Positions 53,478-64,000 of a stretch of 64,000 nucleotides of DNA are shown in pieces. The notes beneath the pieces are model-generated. The model was not told the origin of the DNA, ran no database searches, and saw nothing but the letters and a program-made list of their open reading frames with translations. The stretch covers positions 239,258,001 to 239,322,000 of the forward strand of contig OZ024741.1 in assembly GCA_964016885.1 (NCBI GenBank), given 5' to 3'. Every line of letters begins with the position of its first letter. Position 1 is the first letter of the stretch. The DNA comes from Eledone cirrhosa (Eukaryota). The translations under genes and the position numbers were made by a program.

Positions 53478-54693
53478 CTGTAAAATATAAGTTACCAGAA
53501 TGTAAAGATACCAATTATCAATGACAGTGTTATATCTGATATTGAATAATTTATAACAGCTTAGTTCAATGAATACAATGCTTCCATAGATGTCTATTTA
53601 TATATATTTATCTCTAAAAATGTTATCTCAAATCGAGCATATTAGTTAATATTCCACTTAAAAATATAAATCTGGAATGCCAATTGCCGTGACATTCCCT
53701 GCCTCTACTCATCATTTTGATAACTAATCAAGGCATTGCTGTCGGAAACACTGAGAAGAAGAAGATACCAGGACTTGACTGGCCACTTCTTTTTCATGCT
53801 GGTCACTGACAGGATATCTGGTGTACTAATGCTTTCCTCCACAAAGTCAGAAGCAATATATCATGCCTGAAGAAGGAAACCTTTTAGAGGAAATGGCTGA
53901 TGCAGTATGTTGCTTATTGTTCTCTGCAGCAATTATTTTGCTATTTTGTCCACAAGACACCGCTGAGATATACTACATGGACACATGTATGGAGTCTGTT
54001 ACAATATCCTCCTTCCCCTTACATTCATTATATATTATAGCAAACATTATATAATTTAATTGAAATTTATTGAATAAAAATATTATTGTCATAGATATTA
54101 AATATTTTTTTATCAAGGACTAATAAAGCATTCCATACGTATGTGTTAATGCTTATTTAATGTGAAACATTGATGTAAGCATAAATATCATACTTGATAG
54201 ATAATTCAAAATGACAATATATTCCAAAATATAATCAAAGCATGCTTAAAGTGAGTCTTTGTGTGTCAGAAAGATTATTAAAAATGTTTTAGTGTAGCAA
54301 TGTTAGAGACAAGATATTCAAGTATATTGATTTACAAGACTATAATTTGGAGGGGTGGATATCATCTCTTATATAAACACTCTGTCCTAATTAGTGTTTA
54401 TTTTATCAATGTTGGGAGAAATACATTGGATTCTGGTGAGAGTTGAACTCTATACGGAAAGAGATGTACCCACAGGTAGCAAGACATTTTGTCCAACACC
54501 CCACTCACTGTGTTAAACTAGTCTCCTGTGTTAAATTATTTTGAGTGACTTGAAGATAAATTACAGACAAAATGAATGACACAATTCTGTATACAAATTT
54601 TACCAGATTTACTTAACTAACTAATATTTAGAGAAACAAAACAATTCAAAAATAAACATGAGTTACAACATAGTTAAATAAAATAATACTTAC

Positions 54694-57030
54694 CCTAGTT
54701 GATTTCTGAAGAGATCTGTTCATTGTTGATGTCTTCCAGTCTTCAGGATAGTAATGACTTCTAGACTGACTATATCTGTCTGATATCTCTCCTCGATTGC
54801 CTGACATCACAGATACACTGTTGTTACCTTGATAGATCAACTGCCTCATCTCATTACGACATTGGTATGCCTGTTTCTCTTCTGTTGTTCTAGCTGAGTT
54901 ATTTCTTACATTGTTACATCTCACAATACACAATGTTATAGAAACCACAATAGCTATAGATACTATCACAGCTGCTACTACAATGATAATCAACAATGTT
55001 GCATCTATTGTGTTATCAGTTGGTACATGGACAGCTGTGAACATTGGTGATGTCTTGTTACTAACAGTCAGTGTCAAAGAGACACTAGTTGTTGCTGACA
55101 GAACTGGAGTACCACTGTCTTTCACAACAAACTCCAGTTGATATGATCCAGCATCATTTTGGTAAACTGTACGAGAGTAAGATAAGACACCAGTGAATGA
55201 GTCCAGTTTAAATAACTGTCTCTCATTACCTGAAAGGATTTCATACCTGAGAAAAGCATTCATGTGACTGTCTATATCAGAGGCTTTCAGAAGTGTGATG
55301 TCATTCTTACTTTGTGGATGATAGTGGACATCAAGAGTGAAAGGGTCAACACTTGGAAATGTAAAATATGGAACATTATCATTTTTATCTAATACTTCCA
55401 CTTCAACATTCACTGTGTTATTTAGAGATGGTGTTCCATTATCTTTGACTAAAACCTCAAAGTCATAGAAATCTCTGTGTTCTCTGTCTAAAGACTGGTT
55501 TGTTGAAATAAAACCAGAGTTGATAATCTGGAATGGTAGACGATATTGGTGTTTATTTCTCAGATAATAACTTAATTCACCTCCTTTACCAACATCTGGG
55601 TCTGTAGCATTGATAAAACCAATAGGGAAATTAGCTTTGTCATTCTCATAGGTAAGGAACTTGAATGTATCTTTGGTAAAGTGTGGTTTTACATCATTCA
55701 CATCTAACACTTGTATTGAGAGATCTTTATCAGTTTTGAGAGGAGGTAATCCTTTATCTTGACAGGAGACAGTAAAGTGATAATGTTCCTGTGTCTCTCT
55801 GTCTACTGCTTTCTTTAGAACTATTTTATATTCCTTAGATCCCATTGACTGTAGTTTGAATGTATCATGTTTGATATCACAGCTGACCTCTCCATTGTGT
55901 CCAACATCATTGTCAGTGACCATCACATAAGCAATGAAACTACCAACTTTGATATCTTCCAGAATGGTAGCTGTGTTGTGATTCTGTGTAGAAATATAGT
56001 TGACATCAATATTTGGAGGATTGTTCTGTTGGTTGATAACATTTACCATAACAGTTGCTATGGAACTAAGAGGTGGGTTGCCCCCATCTCTGGCCTCTAT
56101 ATACAATTTAAAGAATTTCTTCTTTTCTAAAGCAGAATGTTTGGCTAAGAATATTTCTCCAGTTTTCTGATCAACCTTGAAATTATTTATTGATTCTTTA
56201 GAGGTTAATGAACTGATAAAATAAGAAGTGTTACCATTTTCTCCAATATCAGAGTCTTTTGCCAACATGACAATAAATGGTATATTTCTTTTGTGGTTAT
56301 TTTGTATAGAGATATTGTATGTTTTCTCAGAAAATATTGGTCTGTTATCATTCTCATCTTTGACAGTAATGTGTACAGATAAGACACCTTGTTTGGGTGG
56401 ACTTCCTCCATCTTTAGCTATCACTTCTATGTCATAACTATCTTTTATCTCTCTATCTAACTTCCTATCTAACACAACTTCTAATGAGACCAACCTATCT
56501 GCTATCTGAAATGTAGACAAAGAAAACTGTTGGTTACTTCCTTTCAATTCATAATTTACTAGTCTGTTCTGTAAACCAACATCTTCATCAATGGCATTGG
56601 GAATGGACTTTTTCATACCTTTTCCATCTCCTTCTTCAAATTTTAACTGGATTTCTTCAACAGGAAACTCAGGTGTATGGTCATTGATGTCTTCTATCAT
56701 TACCTTAATCTTTAATATCTTTATAAATTTCTCTGCTCTATGAACTGCTACCTTAATTGTGCGAGAACATTCTTTCTCAAAACTACACAGAGACTCAGCA
56801 TCCAGTGTTTGTGTAGTATATATCTTTCCATTACTGGTCACATTAAATAGCTGTGTCCCCTTCTGTTGTAACTGACTAAATGATAATAATGCAATGTCCT
56901 GTAACTGTGAATCAGCAGTAATATCTCCTATATTGATAATTCGATGGTTTTCTTCTTTCACGTGGTAAACAATGTCTTCTGTAGAATAGTGAAGTAGAGA
57001 CAGTAGTATCCATATCTGTATTAAGACCAT
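54694..57030 (-). CDS. Pcdh: protocadherin E large exon; spliced protein ~870 aa
   Basis: six EC repeats plus TM; AGG|GTAAGT donor at 54693; exon starts 57056; two-codon deletion near the signal-peptide end. Confidence 0.95.
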
Positions 57031-57369
57031 CCTTGTTAGTGGAGTTAGGTGTCAGCCTGTAAATATGAAACATAACTTTCATTTACTTAGGAGAAACCCC
57101 AAAATACACAAATGGTATCCATTGAACTAAATTAACCATTTTAAAGCATTTTAACATGTTTTATATATTGTTATTTTTATTTCACTAACCCCAATAATTA
57201 TATTCTTTCCTATTGTAAATATTTATATAGAAATCTGAAGTTTCTTATTTTTATATTTTTGTTGTTAATTAACCCTTAATATATACATTAAAGACAATTT
57301 CACATAGATTATGAATAATTAAATTCACATTGATGTCTGGAATAATTAACATTTGTAATTTATCAATGT

Positions 57370-59805
57370 CTCTTAAGGAGACTGGAAAGCCAAAATAGGC
57401 CTGGGTGCATATGGCCAATGGGCTGGGAAAGTGTGAAGATTCGGGATTGGAGAAATAAACGATTGTGAACTCACCTAGAATTTCCTAGCACCCACAACCT
57501 GACCCTAACCAACACACTGTTCCCACGCAAGACCTCACGGAGAACAGTAAGCCATGCACCCAATGGCAAGTCTCATAACCAAACTGACATCATCCTTGAT
57601 CTCAAATGTTCAAATCCAGTATCAATAAGGCCATAATTAGGACCTTCCCTGGTGTCAACAGTGATCATGATTTGGTTCTGATGAGACTAAAGCTTAAATT
57701 GAAAATGATCCATAAAAAAGGAGACATGTGTATCATGTTTGATATAGACAAACTAAGAGATCCTAGAGTTGCAGTAATGTTCAAGGTAAACATAGGTGAA
57801 AGGTTTGCTGCCCTCAACCTTCCAAAAGATATTAATTCCTTAACTAACAAGATCAAGGAAGCACTTCATGTAACAGCTTTAGAAGTGCTGGGGAGAAAGA
57901 GAAGGAAAAAGAAACTATAGGTGACATCTTGGACCTATGTGACTTAAGACATGACATGAGGAAGACCAAGCTAACAGACCAGGAAACAACCCACCAATAG
58001 AATGCCATGAATAGGAAATTTAGAAAGAAAATGAGGGAAGACAAAGAGAAGTGGTTATCAGATCAGTGCAAAAACATTGAAGCTGGAATAAAAAAGAGCA
58101 ACAGCAAGGATGCTTATGAAACCATCAAAATAATAATAACAAAAAAAGCAACACACCGCCACTGTCATTGAGGGCAAAACTGGCTTGCTCCTCACAGACA
58201 AGACCAATGTCGTCAAAAGATGGTCTGAGTTTTGCAAAGACATTTATGAACCACAAACTCAGACATGACATAAACATCCTGGATGAACAAAGAAATTGAG
58301 GATACTCCAATTCTCCAGGAAGAAGTCGAAGAGTCAGTACACATACTCAAAGAGTGTAAATCCCCAGAAATCCATAACACTCCATCAGAGCTCCTAGAAC
58401 ATGGAGGGCCAAAACTTATCAAGGCACTGACAGTTACCTGTCAGAAGATAATGCAAACAAAGAAGTGACCCAAGGAGTGGACCCAGTAATTGATGATACC
58501 CATTCCCAGAAGATTCTGCCACGACTACAGAACAATTAGCCTAACTAGCCACCCCAACAAAGTACTGCTAAGCCTTCTTCTTCACAGACTCAAGTTAAAA
58601 GCGGAAGAAATCCTGGCAGAAGGAAGGTAGGATTCAGGCTCAAAAGGAGTACAACAGAGCAAATATTTAACATTAGATTGCTCACTGAGAAATATCTGCA
58701 GCACCAATCTGACCTCTGTCATTACTTTGACTTTAAAAAAAGCCTTTAACCATGTTTGGTGTGAAGGTTTGTGAAAAGTGATGAAAGACTACAACTTTGA
58801 CATCAACCTCATTCAAGTAATTAAAGCACTGTATGACAACTCAATCAGTGCAGTTCTCATGAATAAAAGCATCAAAAAATTCTTCAAGACAACAGTGGGA
58901 GATCAACAAGGATGTCTCCTTTCTCCAGTCCTTTTCAAAATTGTTGGGGAAAACATCATGCAAGAAACACTGCAAGACTTCCACACTTCTATTTCCATTG
59001 GAGGATGGCCCGTTTCCAACCTATGCTTTGCTGATGACATTGACATGCTAAGAAGCTGTGAAGTAGAACTCCAAGAGTTCACTACCGGACTGGATAGAGT
59101 AAGATTCTGGTTAATAGTCATAATCAGAATACAGCAACCAACATCATGCTGAATGGAGAAAGACTTGAAGAAGTGTACACCAAGTACCTTGGATCCACTC
59201 TGACCAAAGACAGCAGATTTCAAAAAAAGATACTGACAAGACTTGGCCTGGCCTGGCCAATTCTGCCATGGTAAAGCTGAATGTCACGGAAAAGCAACTC
59301 CATCAGTTTTCCAATGAAGCTCAAATTATACAAGTCTTTGGTGACTTCGATTCTTTTGTATGGGTGTAAGAGTTGGACTCTCACAGCTGACATGGAACCA
59401 AGAATCCAGGCATTTGAGAACAAGTGCCTCAGAAGGCTGATACACATTCTGTATATGGAGCACAAAACAAACAGCTTTGTCAGGTAGCAAGTTAACAAAT
59501 ATACCAGCAGACAAGAACTACAACTTGCAATGGTGAAAAGATGGAAACTTGCTTGGTATAGTCATGTATCCCGCCACAACCCCTTTTTTAAAAGCATCAT
59601 TCAGGGCACAGTTGAGGGAGGGCAAAAAGAGGCAGACAAAGAAAACCTTGGTTTGGCAGCATCAAAAATTGGACTAGTGACAACACTGAGACCCTTCTAC
59701 ATATGATGGAGAATAGAGACCAGTGGCAACAACTGAGAACGAAAGCATCTAGAGTGGCACCTCAACGACTGGCTGCACCAGTGTGGGAATGTTTTGAATG
59801 AATTA
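57370..59805 (+). mobile_element. decayed RTE-clade LINE (APE endonuclease C-terminal part plus reverse transcriptase) in intron 1 of gene E
   Basis: fragments GDWKAKIG, SDHDLV, YRTISLTSHPNKV, QQGCLLSPVLF, FADDI, LLYGCKSWTL..IQAFENKCLRR; many stops and frameshifts; absent from the matching introns of B-D. Confidence 0.9.
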
Positions 59806-61074
59806 TCAGATCCTGATTACAAGGTATTAACAGGGGGACTTCATACATGTTACATATTGATGAAAGAATTAAAAACTACTACTTGGCACAATAATTTTGT
59901 TCTCTGTCAGGTATAGAATATTAAACTGCATTAGTTATAGATCTGGGTATATATTACCTACAAGATACTGACAATTATTATTTATACAGACAAAGAGCAA
60001 CTAGGACTACATATTTTATTATGTAGAACAGGTACAAAGTATCAGTGTGTTTTAAGAGATGACCACAGGGTTAATGTTGGAAAAGGCCATGACCCACAAT
60101 CTAATAAGTCTTTCCCCAGGCATAACAGTAAGGAGAAACAGACATAGAAACAACGGTGATGCTAATATGACATAATTAAACTTGTTATTTACAGATTTTT
60201 TTTTAGGTATTATTTAGTAAATATTGTCTATAATTGTTATTTACTCAGACATTCCATCCTGGCTTACATTATCTAATGTGCAGTTGCTTTTAGGACATAA
60301 TAGGGTGGGTTTGAGAGAGATTCAACTGATATTTGAGCAAATCAAGTGACCACGTAATGCTCAGATGAAACACTGTTACCAGAGTTACTTTCCTTTAATG
60401 TCTAACATTTTGCATAAAACATAATATACAGAGAAAACATAAAATATATACTAAATAATCATGTTTAATCACATTTTCCTCAAAATTATGACGGGGAAAA
60501 CTAGCACATGACTTATCTACTGCACCTAAAATAACCTAAATTCAAAATACATTGTACACAATAAATGTTCCAAGTAAAATGAAAGTGCAACTGATCTGTC
60601 AGTGAGAATTAAACACAAGTGTATATGGTATATAATAAGAAAAAATGCTGTACACTTAGCTACAGTAAATATGTTTTCATAATGTTATACTATTGAAACT
60701 ATGTTTCTCAAATGTTTTACTAAGTAAAAAAAAACAACATTGAAATCACTGACATAAAGAAGATAAAATAAATGAATTACAGAATTACAGTAAAGATTTG
60801 CCAATATTCTTCACTTATATGTAAGATCACTAAGTGTGGAGCAAATTAACATATTTAAGAAATTTTAAATAAAAATTACAAATTATAATATAAAATAACA
60901 ATACTGTATTAATCACATATACATCATATAATATTCTATTTCATTAAAAAAAAAACCAGTAATGTATTTGAATATATGTTACATTGTAAATGAATGTTTT
61001 AAGAAATAAAAGCCTCAGTATTAATACATTCAAATATTGTTTATTAAAGGAATGAATAAACAAGTGTATCAATA

Positions 61075-61667
61075 TATGATTTGAGAGAGAGACTGAGCAT
61101 AATAGGAATAAAATGCTGTGTGCAGGAGAGGCGGTTGCATTGGTCTGGACATGTGATGCGTATGAAGGATGACAGCTGCATAAAAAGGTGCAGAGCACTA
61201 GAAGTCAGTGGAAACCACGGAGTGGGGAGACCCAAGACCTGGGATGAGGTGATAAAAGCCGACCTTACCCAATTACACCTCTCAAAGGTGATGACACACC
61301 GTGACCTCTGGCGTCACGCTGTAATACAGAGTACCCGACCTCCCATGGGTACAAGCTGAAGCATATAGACAATATGCCCCCACACCCTCCCACTGCAAAG
61401 TGGTCGTGGAGGTGCCACGGCAAAAAAGCACCCAGCCCACACTGTAAAGAGGACATGTAGGCGCCACGGAAAAAAAGCACCCAGCACTCACTGTAAATGA
61501 GGTTGGTGTTAGGAAGGGCATCCAGCTGTAGAAATGAGGCCCAAATCAGTTCCTGTATGAGCAAGACATGGTCAGCTGACCGGACACTGCCCACAACAGG
61601 ACAACCCGTCTAACCCATGCTAGCGTGGAAGAACGGACGTAAAACGGTGATGATGATGATGATGATC
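61075..61667 (+). mobile_element. 5'-truncated RTE-like LINE 3' end with 48-bp-family units and (TGA)n tail
   Basis: VQERRLHWSGHVMRM...GRPKTWDEVIKADL resembles the RT C-terminal RRLRWxGHVxR motif; ends ...GGACGTAAAACGGTGATGATG. Confidence 0.8.
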
Positions 61668-62310
61668 ACTGACAAGATCTATAAGATTTCATGTTTAATT
61701 AAAACAGTTTCATTAAAGACTAATTAAGACAGTAGCTTTGTATAATATGTAAGAAATAGATTTTAAAATCCCTTAAATCTGGAATAATGTGAAATGTAGG
61801 AATATCATTGATTATTTATGTTAACACTAAACCACCATCTTGTCAACTATTCTCCCTGTTTAACAATATTTTGATATATTTGTAAGAACACAGACATTGA
61901 TACATATGACTACAATAATGATATGGACTGTTTTAAATGATATTTAACATCAAACACTTAATATAAAAATATTCACAACACTATAAAACCTCAAGAACGT
62001 CTTCAGGCAATATATTACATATTATCAATATAAATATAAAGGTGTCTAGAAATAAAGTTATGCTACCTAAATTTAAATATATTTCACCAGAAATATAACC
62101 ATAATTAAATACCTCATTAGAGCAGAACATAAATGTTGAACATATCAATGTCTATAGAAAATGTAGAGCTGAGAATTTCTATCTTAAAATGTCTACTAAC
62201 ATAATTTCTATATATATCATTTTATACTAAAATATGGCTAAATATATTTTGTAAGAGATCCATATCATTTGAATAAGTTGGAAATATAATATAAATATTC
62301 ATAAACTTAC

Positions 62311-62685
62311 ATTCATTGTGTAAAGTCCTTTGTTATAAACTGTGAGTTGGTCCCAATGTTCTGTTGTTAATGGTTGTCTGTGTCACTGCTGCTGTGGTGT
62401 GACAATGGCTTCATGTTGATGGAATAGTGTTGGTAGTGAGTCAGTGGGAACCAGCAGTTCCTCTCAGTCTTTTCTGTGTGTGTGATGTTTACTGAGTGTG
62501 AGTATATGTGTGTGTGTAAAAGAGAGTGAAGGATGGGTGATGCTTACTCCAGCCTCACTCAAATTGGAAAGAAGAGGGAGACAGAGACAAAGCACAATAT
62601 CAGCTCCACTAATAGTCAGCCATAACCATCATCATCATAGTAATAAGTCTATATAACACCAACATGTCTGATGTAAAGAGACTGA
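62311..62685 (-). promoter_or_regulatory. promoter and leader exon of protocadherin E
   Basis: TTATATAG 62649-62656; donor at 62310. Confidence 0.75.
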
Positions 62686-63212
62686 TATAGAAATAACCAA
62701 TGTTTAAAGGAGATCTTAAATTAACAAAATATTACTGATGTTGGTAAATATTTTACTAACTAATAATGTTAATATAATATAGACAATTATATTTAAGATC
62801 TATCTGACCTAAATATACACCAAATCTGTAATGGAGGATGTATGAACAAATATTGAAGAAATTCTAGACTTCTCTTAGATGTTTATTTTAGTATTATTTT
62901 TTAATATAATTTCTTACATATAATGTTTTAATAATAATGTTCTAAAAATCAAGACATATATTTTAAATATATTCTTTAGATATTTCAAATTTTAAACAAT
63001 CCATATTATTGAGAATATCTGTGTAAATATTAGTTCATATATATATATAAAAAACTTGTATAAAACTCCAGTGTGATCATAGAAGTTGTAATGCTGTGTG
63101 TATATTATTGAAATTGAGGGAGTGAGGAGAAATTGCACATATTTACTTTCTATGTGAAAGTTATATTTAAAATATAGCAGTAAGTGGTCAATATTTAGGA
63201 ACTGGCCAATGG

Positions 63213-63334
63213 TCAGTTAGTAATGACATCTGGTGTTGAAGGTAACTGTCTCTCTGGAGGTTTCACATATCTATCTTGGTATTGTTGTCTATCATTGTTC
63301 ACAACTGATGTATCATGTTGACTACCATAGATCC
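63213..63334 (-). CDS. protocadherin F terminal coding exon (gene continues beyond the window)
   Basis: 122 nt to TGA. Confidence 0.8.
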
Positions 63335-63507
63335 CTGGAAAAGAGACAATGTTTTAGTGTAGCAATGTTAGAGACAATCACTTATCAGAAATACTGTAGT
63401 AATGACATACACACAGGACTAATTACACCAAACTACATAATTACAATTGGTACAATAATTGATAATGAAATAATATAATATTAAATGAGAGTAGTTTGTC
63501 AACATAC

Positions 63508-63661
63508 CTGTCATTGCTGGTATTTCTTCATACTGTCTACTTGACCTTTCACTCCAGCACTGTCCACTACTCTTATGACTGGTCAATGTATCAGTGGGAT
63601 AGTTAGAAGATGGTCTGTTGTCTCCATAAGATGTCACCTCTATAGGTTGACTATATTTCTG
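63508..63661 (-). CDS. protocadherin F first cytoplasmic exon
   Basis: 154 nt, AG/GT bounded; the large exon presumably lies beyond 64000. Confidence 0.8.
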
Positions 63662-64000
63662 CTGTAAAATATAAGTTACCAGAATGTAAAGATAGCAATT
63701 ATCAATGACAGTGTTATATCTGGTATTGAATAAGTTACTACAGTTTAGTTCACTGAATATAATACCTGTGTAGGAATATATATACAGTGGGATGCCAAGT
63801 GCTGTGACACATTCTATGCTGCTAATCTTGTCACTTTGGTAACAAACACAGACATTGCTGCCAAACACACTGAGAAGCTTGACTGATCACATCTTTTTCA
63901 AGATGGCCTAGACATCCTTGATCTCTGAACTGGTGTTTTCATTCACAAAATATGGAGGTATGTATCCTGTCTGACAAAGGAAACCTGTGAGAGGAAATTG

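Noticed and set aside
17369-63661. Vertebrate-type cluster with variable exons and one shared constant region
   Set aside because: Each ectodomain exon has its own cytoplasmic exons; these are whole-gene duplicates

Overview
AT-rich, repeat-rich animal genomic DNA. The gene family and repeat content point to a coleoid cephalopod, most likely Octopus (inference). The right 46 kb hold a head-to-tail, minus-strand protocadherin cluster: five complete genes (called A-E here) plus the 3' exons of a sixth (F). Each ~8-10 kb unit has four parts: a TATA-linked non-coding leader exon, a ~2.35 kb exon (signal peptide, six cadherin repeats, TM, juxtamembrane tail), a 154-nt cytoplasmic exon and a ~120-nt terminal exon. 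Paralogue differences are concentrated in EC2-EC3 and are mosaic, while EC1, EC4-6, TM and tail are almost identical. The spliced tail, invisible in the ORF track, carries QYEEIP and RQLPSTP, which match Src-family SH2 and SH3 docking motifs. The left 17 kb contain three further leader exons and two degenerate cytoplasmic exons but no ectodomain exon. The rest is SINEs, RTE and CRE-like LINE relics, MITEs, a Helitron-like element, a 48-bp minisatellite and microsatellites. All gene models were read by eye from splice signals and frame, without transcript evidence.
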